From Acidobacteriota bacterium (GTDB lineage Bacteria; Acidobacteriota; Thermoanaerobaculia; UBA5066; Gp7-AA6), in the NCBI GenBank assembly GCA_039931865.1, contig JBDTRB010000004.1:1441-65440 (forward strand): DNA of 64,000 bases. Reading direction: 5' to 3'. A model generated the notes under the pieces. The model ran no database searches, had not been told where the DNA came from, and saw only the letters and a list, made by a program, of their open reading frames with translations. Shown piece by piece: positions 1 to 8,237 of the stretch (the first letter of the stretch is position 1; each line of letters opens with the position of its first letter). A program made the translations under genes and the position numbers.

Positions 1-1
1 G

Positions 2-145
2 ATCTATGTCCGGCTCGAGGACGTCATCGTGATCACCGAGAAGGGAACGGACATCCTGTCCGACTTCGTTCCCCGCGACATCGCGCGCATCGAGAAGCTC
101 ATGACCGAGAACGGGCTTCTGAAGTCCTATCCGCGGGAGGATTGA
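2..145 (+). CDS. M24-family (Xaa-Pro aminopeptidase-like) peptidase, C-terminal fragment; 5' end lies outside the window
   Basis: The open frame from the window edge reads IYVRLEDVIVITEKGTDILSDFVPRDIARIEKLMTENGLLKSYPRED and stops at TGA 143-145. The R-x-ED-x-V-x-(V/I)TE-x-G tail is typical of the creatinase/prolidase fold. Confidence 0.6.
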   Translation: MYVRLEDVIVITEKGTDILSDFVPRDIARIEKLMTENGLLKSYPRED

Positions 146-147
146 AA

Positions 148-202
148 GGTCGCTCCCCGCTGTCAGCTGTCGGGCTGTCAGCTGTCAGCTCGGGGAAAGA
201 CC
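148..202. repeat. (GCTGTCA)n heptamer tandem (about 5 units, 159-194) enclosed by the outer stem GGTC..TCCCCG / CGGGGA..GACC
   Basis: Read directly as gctgtca gctgtcg g gctgtca gctgtca gctcggg. The flanks TCCCCG (154-159) and CGGGGA (191-196), and GGTC/GACC, are complementary. It lies between the M24 stop and the FKBP start, so it may act as a terminator. Confidence 0.55.
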
Positions 203-252
203 TGATAATTTCACGCCGCATTTTCGTTATGACCAGAAAGGACGATCGAAGA

Positions 253-732
253 ATGAAAAACAAAGCGTCCCTGCTTCTTGCCGGCGCCGCGGCTCTCGCC
301 TTCGTGGCTCTGCCGGTCTCCGGCTCCCAGAAGGACAACGCCGCGCCGTCGCAGGATGCGGAGAAAAAGAGCGAGAGCAAGATGACGAAGACGTCGAGCG
401 GTCTGCAGTACGAGGACACCGTGCCCGGCACGGGCGCGTCGCCCAAGAACGGACAGACCTGTGTCATGCACTACACGGGCTGGCTCTGGGAAAACGGCGC
501 GAAGGGCAAGAAGTTCGACAGCTCGGTCGACCGCGGCAAGCCCTTCGAGTTCGTGATCGGCCAGGGGCAGGTCATCAAGGGATGGGATGAGGGCGTCTCG
601 ACGATGAAGGTGGGCGGCAAGCGCACCCTCCTGATTCCGCCGGCGCTCGGTTACGGCGCGCGCGGGGCCGGCGGTGTCATCCCGCCGAACGCAACGCTCG
701 TCTTCGACGTCGAGCTCCTCGGCGTCAAGTAG
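253..732 (+). CDS. FKBP-type peptidyl-prolyl cis-trans isomerase, exported
   Basis: ORF 142..732. It carries the FKBP core 'GLQYEDTVPGTG...VMHYTGWL.NG.KFDSS.DRG.PFEF.IGQGQVIKGWDEG...MKVGGKR.L.IP..LGYG..G.GG.IPPNATL.F.VELL'. The start was moved to ATG 253 (MKNKASLLLAGAAALAFVALPVSG signal peptide, AAGGA upstream). ATG 229 is an alternative. Confidence 0.9.
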   Translation: MKNKASLLLAGAAALAFVALPVSGSQKDNAAPSQDAEKKSESKMTKTSSGLQYEDTVPGTGASPKNGQTCVMHYTGWLWENGAKGKKFDSSVDRGKPFEFVIGQGQVIKGWDEGVSTMKVGGKRTLLIPPALGYGARGAGGVIPPNATLVFDVELLGVK

Positions 733-747
733 CGGGGCCAGGGTTCG

Positions 748-776
748 GGGGTCAGGCCATTCCAACGCCTGACCCC
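748..776. terminator. Bidirectional terminator-like hairpin between convergent genes
   Basis: GGGGTCAGGC-cattccaac-GCCTGACCCC forms a 10-bp perfect stem. It lies 16 nt after the FKBP stop and 11 nt after the stop of the minus-strand ferritin-like gene. There is no clear U-tract. Confidence 0.55.
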
Positions 777-786
777 TGACAACCCG

Positions 787-1266
787 CTAACAGTTCCTCC
801 CGCCGGGCGTCTCCCGGCCGATCACGCGATGGAAATACTCCTCGTGCTCGACTTCCACCGCCGCCATTTCCCGAAGATCCGGCAGGAAGTCCTCGAGTCC
901 CAGCTCGTGAGCCCACCCGGCGGCCTTCTCGTATTCGCAGACATTCTTCGTCTCGAGCCTGCCGGCCAGAAACATCGGCAGGAACCGGCCCGTGAATCCG
1001 CAGAGAAAAGAGAGGACGTGGCCGACGGCGCTCGCTCGCGCTTCGCGGATGGGAAGCGGACGGGCGCCGAGCCGGTCGAGCAACTGGCCGACCTTCCGGC
1101 GATGGACCCACTCGTCATTTTCGATGCGGAGGATCATCGTCCGTTCCTCCGGGTTCGAAACGGAACGGGCGTGCCCCTGATACGCGAGCGCGGCCGCTTT
1201 CTCCCCGGAGTAGGCGAGCTGGAGAAGCCGGACGAGCTGCCGGCGGACTTCCGAGGCGGCCGTCAT
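787..1266 (-). CDS. Ferritin-like (Coq7/rubrerythrin-like di-iron) domain protein
   Basis: 159-aa ORF with paired E..H-type helices ('ENDEWVHRRK', 'EVEHEEYFHR') and non-shadow composition. It is convergent with the FKBP gene. Confidence 0.7.
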   Translation of the reverse strand: MTAASEVRRQLVRLLQLAYSGEKAAALAYQGHARSVSNPEERTMILRIENDEWVHRRKVGQLLDRLGARPLPIREARASAVGHVLSFLCGFTGRFLPMFLAGRLETKNVCEYEKAAGWAHELGLEDFLPDLREMAAVEVEHEEYFHRVIGRETPGGRNC

Positions 1267-1518
1267 CGCGCCTTAGTCTAGTCGCGGGAGGCCGCCCGAA
1301 GCAGAGCGGAGAGCTCGGGGCCGGAATCAGCGGTCGGCGTCACGGGAAACTGGTTCGACTCGCCGCCGGCTCCCGGCTTTTCCCCGGAACCCTCGCTGGC
1401 CGATCCGGGAGGGGCACGGTCCGGCCGGAGTCGCGAAAGGCCTGCGCGGCGGCCGATCCTCCGGAACTGCGGAAAACGGGGTCGGCGAGGACCGGCGGGC
1501 TGCGCGATCCGGGGACGG

Positions 1519-4065
1519 GTGGAGTCGGCTAACATTCGACGCGTGGAAAGATCGGTGGACGCTGCCCCTCGTGCCCCTGATGCCCGTCCTGCCCATCCTG
1601 GAACTGCGCCGCTGCGCTCCTCGTTGCCCGAGCGCTTCGCCGCGTTCGTGGCGGAGAGGCATCCGTTCGCCCTGCCGCCGGCGGCTGCTGCCTTTTCCCG
1701 TGCGTGTCCGAAGGATCCCGGACGGGACGCGGCCGCGATCGACGCTCTCCGGCCGGAATTTGCCGACGCGCTTGCCCGGGAGCTCGCGGGAACAGCGCCG
1801 GAGGGCCTCCCCGAGTCCACTCCGGGAGTCAGCGTCGACTCGCGTCTCGAGTGCGCGAAAAAGGAGCTGCTCGAATCCTGCGACGGGTTCCTCCGCCGTG
1901 AGGCGATCGCCGCCTCGCTGACCCGCGACGAGCGCGTCGAGATGCTGCGCGGGATGATTCTCACGCGCGCGACAGATAACCGTTTGAAGGCGTTCTTCTC
2001 GGGCGGAGAAGTTCGGTATCGTGGAGTCTCCTTTCAGGGCAAAGGCTTCCGGTCTCTCGGGCAGGAGGCGATCTATGCCGCGCCCCTCCGATTGCGCCGC
2101 GGGCCCGGCTATCGCTCGTCCGAAGGCGCGTGGCGCGGAGACGTGGTCGCCCCGCTCATCCGGGATCTCGGCGCCGAGCTCGCGATGCGACCGGACCCGG
2201 AGTCGGTCCGCCTCGTCCTTGCCGCGCAGATGGGAAAAGCGGGCTCGCCGATGCAGGGGAAGGACCTCCACGTCGGCGACTTTTCCTGGGGCGTCCTCCC
2301 CGCGTCCGCCCCGCTCGCGGTTTCTTCTCTCACGGTCGCGGGCCTGGCGATGGCGTTTTCCCGCGACGGCTCCGGCCGCGTGGCGGTGTCTTTCATCGGG
2401 GAAGGAGGGACTTCTCTCGGCGAATGGCACGAGGCGATCAACCTGTGCGCCGCGCGGCGGCTGCCCGCGATTTTCTGCGTCCAGAACAATCAGACAGCGC
2501 TGTCAACGCCCGTGCCCGACCAGTCGGCCGTGCGCGTGTTCGCGGAAAAGGCCGCGGGCTACGGGATTCCGGGGATGACGATCGACGGCACCGACCCCGA
2601 GGCGATCGCGGCGGCGTTCACGTGGGCCGCCGAGCGCGCGCGGCAGGGCCTCGGCCCGACGCTGATCGAGCTCGTCTGCATGCGCATGTGCGGGCACGCC
2701 CACCACGACGACATGCTCTACCTCGGCAAAGAGCCCCCGATCTCGTGGGACTACCCGCGTCCTTCCGAAGGCGGCTACGCAAACCGCGAGCTGTACGAGT
2801 TCTGGTCGCGCCGCGAGCCGATCGCGGCGTACGCCGCCCGGCTCGAAGCGGAGGGGATCCTGGCGCCCGGAGATCTCGACCGGTTCCGGCGCGAGGCAGA
2901 CGCACTCGTCGAGGAACAGGCGCGCAAGGTCATCGAAGCGCCGTGGCCGGAGCCGGAGACCGCCGGGACCGGCGTGTTCGCGGGAGAGCCTGGACGGCGG
3001 AGGACGGAGCCGCTTGAGCCGGAAAGCCGCCGCGGCTCGTCGCCGCCTCTGCCCGCGGTCGAGACCGGGCCGCCATTCGACCCGAAGGGGCGCACCCTCC
3101 TCGAAGCGGTCATGCTCGGCGTCGGAGACGCTCTCGAAGCCGATCCACGGGTGTTCGTCTACGGGGAAGACGTCGGCGGAAAATACGGAAACGCTTTTCT
3201 CCTTCTGCGGCCGCTGCTTCAAAAGCACGGCGACCGGATCCTGAACTCGCCGCTCGCGGAGGGTGCCGTTCTCGGCGTCTGCGTCGGTTCCGCGCTCGCG
3301 GGACAGCGCCCGATCGGGGAGATGCAGTTCAACGACTTCGTCGCCACGGGCTTCAACCAGCTCGTCAACAACGCGGCGAAGATCCGCTACCGCTGGGGCG
3401 CTTCCGTTCCGATGGTGGTCCGCATGCCGTGGGGCGGCCTGCGACACGCGGGCCCGTACCACAGCCAGAACACCGAGCCCTGGTTCTACCGGACGCCGGG
3501 ACTCAAGATCGTGGTGCCTTCGACGCCCGCGGACGCCCGCGCGCTGATGGCGGCGGCGGTCGCCGACCCGGACCCAGTCCTCTATTACGAGCACATCGCG
3601 CTCTACCGGGATCCCCGGATCAAACAGCTGCTTCCCGAGGAAGCGCCCGCTCCGCTGCCGATTGGCAAAGCGGCCCTGCGGCGCGCCGGAGGAGACCTCG
3701 CGATCATTTCGTACGGCGCGTACGTCCACGTCGCCCTCCGCGTGGCGAAAAAGCTCTCGGCCGGCGGAATCGAATCGTCCGTCCTCGACCTGCGAAGCCT
3801 CGTGCCGCTCGACCGCGAAGCGGTGCTTTCGGTAGCGCGGCACTGCCATCGCGTGCTGATCGTCCACGAGGACTCGAGGACCGGCGGCATCGGCGAGAGC
3901 GTCGCTTCCATCGTGCAGGAGGAAGCGTTCGAGCACCTGGACGCGCCGGTCCGGATCATCGGCGCGCTCGACACTCCGGTTCCCTATTCGCCGCCGCTCG
4001 AAGATTTCTTTCTCCCCTCGGAAGACGAAATCGAGCGGGCCGCCCGCCTTCTCGTGTCGTACTAG
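1519..4065 (+). CDS. Thiamine-diphosphate-dependent 2-oxoacid dehydrogenase E1 component, fused alpha+beta subunits
   Basis: 848 aa. The alpha part has the TPP motif 'GEGGTSLGEWHEAINLCAARRLPAIFCVQNN'. The beta part has 'GEDVGGKYGNAF...NSPLAEGAVLG...GEMQFNDF'. About 130 aa of N-terminal extension is unassigned, so the GTG start is uncertain. Confidence 0.9.
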   Translation: MESANIRRVERSVDAAPRAPDARPAHPGTAPLRSSLPERFAAFVAERHPFALPPAAAAFSRACPKDPGRDAAAIDALRPEFADALARELAGTAPEGLPESTPGVSVDSRLECAKKELLESCDGFLRREAIAASLTRDERVEMLRGMILTRATDNRLKAFFSGGEVRYRGVSFQGKGFRSLGQEAIYAAPLRLRRGPGYRSSEGAWRGDVVAPLIRDLGAELAMRPDPESVRLVLAAQMGKAGSPMQGKDLHVGDFSWGVLPASAPLAVSSLTVAGLAMAFSRDGSGRVAVSFIGEGGTSLGEWHEAINLCAARRLPAIFCVQNNQTALSTPVPDQSAVRVFAEKAAGYGIPGMTIDGTDPEAIAAAFTWAAERARQGLGPTLIELVCMRMCGHAHHDDMLYLGKEPPISWDYPRPSEGGYANRELYEFWSRREPIAAYAARLEAEGILAPGDLDRFRREADALVEEQARKVIEAPWPEPETAGTGVFAGEPGRRRTEPLEPESRRGSSPPLPAVETGPPFDPKGRTLLEAVMLGVGDALEADPRVFVYGEDVGGKYGNAFLLLRPLLQKHGDRILNSPLAEGAVLGVCVGSALAGQRPIGEMQFNDFVATGFNQLVNNAAKIRYRWGASVPMVVRMPWGGLRHAGPYHSQNTEPWFYRTPGLKIVVPSTPADARALMAAAVADPDPVLYYEHIALYRDPRIKQLLPEEAPAPLPIGKAALRRAGGDLAIISYGAYVHVALRVAKKLSAGGIESSVLDLRSLVPLDREAVLSVARHCHRVLIVHEDSRTGGIGESVASIVQEEAFEHLDAPVRIIGALDTPVPYSPPLEDFFLPSEDEIERAARLLVSY

Positions 4066-4069
4066 CCAG

Positions 4070-6802
4070 TTGGCGCTCGGCCCCGGCAGCCGCCTCGGTC
4101 CCTACGAGATCTCGCGCCCTCTCGGGAAGGGCGGCATGGGAGAAGTCTTCCGCGCGCGCGACATCCGTCTCGAGAGGGACGTCGCGGTTAAGGCTTTACC
4201 GCCCGGCTTCGAGGCGGACCCGGAACGGCTCGCCAGGTTTCAGCGCGAGGCGCGCGTACTGGCGTCCCTGAATCACGCCAACGTCGGCTCGATCTATGGT
4301 TTCGAGGAATCGGCGGATGGGCACGCGTATTTGATCCTCGAATGCATCGAAGGAGAGACGCTTGCCTCCCGCCTTGCCGGGGGTTGGCCGCTTCCCCTGG
4401 ACGAGTCGCTGCGGATCGCGGCGGAGATCGCTGCCGGACTCGGAGCCGCGCACGACGCCGGAGTCATCCATCGCGACTTGAAGCCCGCAAACGTCATGCT
4501 CCGGCCCGACGGTGCCGTGAAGGTGCTGGACTTCGGCCTCGCGAAGACGGCCGAGCGCGGCTCCGCGTCCGGTGACCAGTCGCGATCGCCGACGATCAGC
4601 CTCGGCACCCAGACGGGATTCATTCTCGGGACCGCGGCGTACATGAGCCCCGAGCAGGCGCGGGGGCGGGCGCTCGACAAACGCACCGACATCTTCTCCT
4701 TCGGCTGCGTGCTGTACGAGTGCCTGACCGGCCGGCGGGCTTTTCCGGGCGAATCCGTTTCCGACACGCTTTCCGCGATCGTCGCGGACGAGCCCGACTG
4801 GGCGGCCCTCCCCCCTTCGACGCCCACCCGGGTTCGCGACCTTCTGCGCCGATGCCTGCAGAAGGACCCGCGCCGCCGTCTTCACGACATTTCCGACGCG
4901 AGGCTCGAGCTCGAAGAGGTGATGCCGACGAGCTCTTCGTCGCCTGACACGACGCCGACCGCCGCCCTCCCGCAGGTGACGGCGAAGCAACCGATTCCCT
5001 GGGGATGGCTTGCTGCGGCGTCCGTGCTAGGAGGCGCGCTCGTTGCCGGCGTGCTGTGGGGCCGCCGGCCGGCACCGCCCGCCCAGGCCTCGTCGCCGAG
5101 GCTGCAGGCGGTCCTCTCGCTCCCGGAAGGAGTTCGTCTCATCGGCAGCGGCCGGCCCTCGACCGCGATTTCTCCAGACGGCCGAACCGTCGTCTTTCGA
5201 GGCGTCCAGGGGGGCGTCGGCCGCCTCTATCGCCGCGACCTCGACGGGTCGGACGCGGTTCCCCTGGCCGGCACGGAAGGAGGAGTGAACCCCTTCTTCT
5301 CGACCGATGGAGAGTGGATCGGGTTTTTCACGCTGTCGGAGCTGAAGAAAGTCCCCCTCTCCGGAGGATCCGCCGTTCGCATCTCCGACGCGCCGCCCGT
5401 CGCCCAGGGAGGAACATGGGCGGAAGACGGATCGATCCTCTTTTCCCGCACGCCGAACGCCGGCCTCGTCCGCGTCTCCGCAAACGGCGGCAAGGCAGAG
5501 CCGTTTTCCGAGCTCGCGCCCGGCGAGCACGCGCACAAGTGGCCCCAGGTCCTGCCCGGCGGACGGGGGACTCTCGTCACCATCGTTTTCGGGAAGGACT
5601 TCCAGGACATCGATACCGCGCGAATCGCCGTTCTCGAGCCGGGCACCCTGCACCGCAGGATCGTCCTCGAGGGAAGCAGTTACGCCCGCTACGACTCCGG
5701 GCAGATCGTCTTCGTCCGCGGGAAGCACCTCTTCGCGGTTCCCTTCGACCTCGCGAGCCTCGCGACCGTCGGAAGCCCCGTGCCTCTTCCCGAAAACCTG
5801 GTCGTGGACGAAGACAACGGCATCGGTCACTTCACGGCGGCTCGCGGAACGCTGATCTCGCCCGACGGCCCGACAATTCACAGGCCCCTGGCCGCCCTTT
5901 TCTCCGTCGGCCGCGATGGAAAAGGCACCGCGGTGCCATTGCCGCCCGCCCAATACGCTCACCCTCGTCTGTCACCGGACGGACGGTGGATCGCCCTGAT
6001 GAAAATCATCCGGCAGACCGCGAAGCTGGCTCTCTTCGAGCGATCGCGCCAGATTCTTTCGACGCTGACGCCCGAGCCCGGCCGTTTCTTCTGTCCCGTA
6101 TGGTCGCCGGACAGCCAGCGCCTCGCGTTCACCTTTTTCAACGTCGGCGACCCGCGCCTGGCGGTCAAGCGCGCGGACGCCGGCGGAAGCATCGAGACGA
6201 TCACGAACGATCGAGCGCGGGCCGAATTTCCGAATTCATGGTCCCCGGACGGAAAGGTGATCCTTTACACCGCGGAAGATCGGGACACGGAATCGATTGC
6301 CTCGCGGGTGCCGATCAGTCTCTGGACGGTCAACCTCGAAGGGAAGCCGGACACCCGCCTGTGGCTGGGAGGTGATTTCAGAAACCTCGCCGGCGAATTC
6401 TCTCCGGACGGCCACTCGATCGCGTACGTGTCGGATGAGAGCGGCCAGAAAGAGGTCTATCTGCGGCCATATCCCGGTCCCGGAAGCCGCATCAAGGTGT
6501 CTGCCAATGGCGGGGAGGAGCCCGCCTGGACCCGCGGCGGACACGAGCTTCTGTATCGCCTGCGAGATGACTTTTACTCCGTGGAGATTCCGCAGGGCGC
6601 GGCACAAAGCCCCGGAGCGCCCACGGTCCTCTTCTCCGGGCAGTTCGACCACGGCGGACGGGAGGATTCTCCGCGCGAGTACGACGTCTCCGCCGACGGA
6701 AACGAATTCCTCGTCAGCAAGACGGAGCGGCCCGCGGACGTGGTTCGGCAGCTGGTCGTCCTGACGGGCTGGGGCCGGCCGGCGGTCCCGCCGAAGCCTT
6801 GA
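4070..6802 (+). CDS. Ser/Thr protein kinase with one TM segment and a C-terminal TolB/PD40-like beta-propeller
   Basis: 910 aa with 'GKGGMGEVFRARD', 'HRDLKPANVML', 'DFGLAK' and 'SPEQ'. These are followed by the TM 'WGWLAAASVLGGALVAGVLW' and repeated 'SPDG..iaf' propeller blades. TTG start lies 5 nt after the E1 stop. Confidence 0.9.
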   Translation: MALGPGSRLGPYEISRPLGKGGMGEVFRARDIRLERDVAVKALPPGFEADPERLARFQREARVLASLNHANVGSIYGFEESADGHAYLILECIEGETLASRLAGGWPLPLDESLRIAAEIAAGLGAAHDAGVIHRDLKPANVMLRPDGAVKVLDFGLAKTAERGSASGDQSRSPTISLGTQTGFILGTAAYMSPEQARGRALDKRTDIFSFGCVLYECLTGRRAFPGESVSDTLSAIVADEPDWAALPPSTPTRVRDLLRRCLQKDPRRRLHDISDARLELEEVMPTSSSSPDTTPTAALPQVTAKQPIPWGWLAAASVLGGALVAGVLWGRRPAPPAQASSPRLQAVLSLPEGVRLIGSGRPSTAISPDGRTVVFRGVQGGVGRLYRRDLDGSDAVPLAGTEGGVNPFFSTDGEWIGFFTLSELKKVPLSGGSAVRISDAPPVAQGGTWAEDGSILFSRTPNAGLVRVSANGGKAEPFSELAPGEHAHKWPQVLPGGRGTLVTIVFGKDFQDIDTARIAVLEPGTLHRRIVLEGSSYARYDSGQIVFVRGKHLFAVPFDLASLATVGSPVPLPENLVVDEDNGIGHFTAARGTLISPDGPTIHRPLAALFSVGRDGKGTAVPLPPAQYAHPRLSPDGRWIALMKIIRQTAKLALFERSRQILSTLTPEPGRFFCPVWSPDSQRLAFTFFNVGDPRLAVKRADAGGSIETITNDRARAEFPNSWSPDGKVILYTAEDRDTESIASRVPISLWTVNLEGKPDTRLWLGGDFRNLAGEFSPDGHSIAYVSDESGQKEVYLRPYPGPGSRIKVSANGGEEPAWTRGGHELLYRLRDDFYSVEIPQGAAQSPGAPTVLFSGQFDHGGREDSPREYDVSADGNEFLVSKTERPADVVRQLVVLTGWGRPAVPPKP

Positions 6803-7944
6803 CCTCCCCGGACGGAGACTCCGCGTCCTCCTCGGGACGGATCCGCCGGATCCTCCACGTCGACATGGACGCCTTCTACACGTCCGTCGAACAGCGCGAC
6901 GATCCAGTGCTCAAAGGGCGGCCCGTCGCCGTCGGAGGCAGCCCGGAAAGCCGGGGGGTCGTCGCCGCGGCGAGCTACGAGGCTCGCGCGTACGGTGTGC
7001 GCTCCGCTCTCCCGATGTCGCGCGCCGTCCGGCTCTGCCCGCACCTGGTGATCGTCCGGCCGGACTTCGCGAAGTACCGCGCGGTTTCCGAGCGCGTCTT
7101 CCAGATCTTCCGCGAGGCGACGCCTCTCGTCGAGGGCCTCTCACTCGACGAGGCGTATCTCGACGTCACCGAGAACGCCTGGGGGATCTCGCTCGGCGTG
7201 GACGTCGCGAGGAAGATCAAGGCCCGCATCTGCGAGGAGACGCTTCTCACCGCCTCCGCCGGCGTGGCGCCGAACAAGTTCCTGGCAAAGATCGCGTCGG
7301 GATGGAAGAAGCCTGACGGACTGACTGTGATCGCCCCGGAGCGCGTCGAGGCGTTTCTTCAGAAGCTGCCGGTGGACGCGCTCTGGGGAGTCGGTCCCGT
7401 GACCGCCCGACGTCTCCGGGCGGCCGGGATCGACCGCCTCGTGGACGTGCGCTCGGCATCGGAAGATGCGCTGCGAACGGCGGTCGGCAGCCTCGGAGAC
7501 TGGCTTCGGAAGCTGGCCCGCGGTGAAGACGACCGCGCGGTCGAGCCCCACCACGAGCGAAAGTCGATCGGATCGGAAGAGACCTACGCGCGCGACCTGG
7601 TGGAAAAGAAAAAAATCCGGGAGGAGGTCGCACGCCTGGCGGACGCGTCTGCGCGGTTTCTCGAAAAGAAGGACCTCACCGCGCGGACGGTCGTGCTGAA
7701 GTTGCGCTACTCCAATTTCCAGACGGTGACCCGCAGCGAAACCCGCCGGCCCGCGACCCGATCGGCAGACGAGATTCGCGAGCGTGCGGTCGCGCTCCTC
7801 GAAAAGACCGAAGCCGGGTCGCGCCCGGTCCGGCTCCTCGGAGTCTCTCTGCACAACCTCGAAAGCGGCGCCGCGCCCTCAGACCCGGAGCAGCCAGCTC
7901 TGGAGCTCGCTTCAGATTCTCAGCCTCCGGAGCGCGCTCTGTAG
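6799..7944 (+). CDS. dinB: DNA polymerase IV (Y-family translesion polymerase)
   Basis: 'ILHVDMDAFYTSVEQRDDPVLKGRPVAVGG...VVAAASYEAR.YGV.SA' and 'SLDEAYLDVT'. The TTG start overlaps the kinase stop (TTGA). Confidence 0.92.
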   Translation: MTSPDGDSASSSGRIRRILHVDMDAFYTSVEQRDDPVLKGRPVAVGGSPESRGVVAAASYEARAYGVRSALPMSRAVRLCPHLVIVRPDFAKYRAVSERVFQIFREATPLVEGLSLDEAYLDVTENAWGISLGVDVARKIKARICEETLLTASAGVAPNKFLAKIASGWKKPDGLTVIAPERVEAFLQKLPVDALWGVGPVTARRLRAAGIDRLVDVRSASEDALRTAVGSLGDWLRKLARGEDDRAVEPHHERKSIGSEETYARDLVEKKKIREEVARLADASARFLEKKDLTARTVVLKLRYSNFQTVTRSETRRPATRSADEIRERAVALLEKTEAGSRPVRLLGVSLHNLESGAAPSDPEQPALELASDSQPPERAL

Positions 7945-8105
7945 GCGAGCCAGGCGAACAGGAGGATCAGCACGAAGAGCGCGATTCTCCCGATCCCCAT
8001 CATCCGGGTTCCCGCAACGTGCCGGGTCCCTTTGGGTTTCATTCCGGTGACCGCCGCGATCACCCCGACGAGGACCGCGAGACCGAGCCACATCAGCCAA
8101 CTCAA
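7920..8105 (-). CDS. Small two-TM membrane protein (hypothetical)
   Basis: 61 aa with two clean hydrophobic helices (WLMWLGLAVLVGVIAAVTGM / GIGRIALFVLILLFAWLAYRA), unlike the R/G/P-rich shadow ORFs. GGGAG lies 6 nt before the TTG. The 3' end overlaps dinB by 25 nt. Confidence 0.45.
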   Translation of the reverse strand: MSWLMWLGLAVLVGVIAAVTGMKPKGTRHVAGTRMMGIGRIALFVLILLFAWLAYRARSGG

Positions 8106-8107
8106 AC

Positions 8108-8205
8108 GTCGCTCCCGTTCACTTCGTTCACTCCCGCTCCCGCCCCGAGAGCCTCCTCCCTCCCTTCGGTCGGGAGACCACTCTCGGGGCGAGCTTAACC
8201 ACCCT
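8108..8205 (-). repeat. Hairpin-array repeat family, truncated copy A (hairpin-1 module only)
   Basis: CGCCCCGAGAG (8141-8151) pairs with CTCTCGGGGCG (8181-8191). The copy is near-identical to 24105-24155 and 36893-36943. The flanks 'gctccc..cgttc..ttcg..ctcccg' and 'gagctt..accacc' are also shared with copy B. Confidence 0.6.
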
Positions 8206-8237
8206 TGTGGGTGAATGCCATCTTTTCGTCGGAACCG

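Noticed and set aside
2503-3936. 477-aa ORF antisense to the E1 dehydrogenase gene. Similar long ORFs are 1327..2430, 2130..3017 and 3429..4271.
   Set aside because: It lies opposite or out of frame to a gene with unmistakable TPP-enzyme motifs. The translation is Arg/Gly/Pro/Asp-rich with no recognisable motif. It is a typical high-GC shadow ORF.
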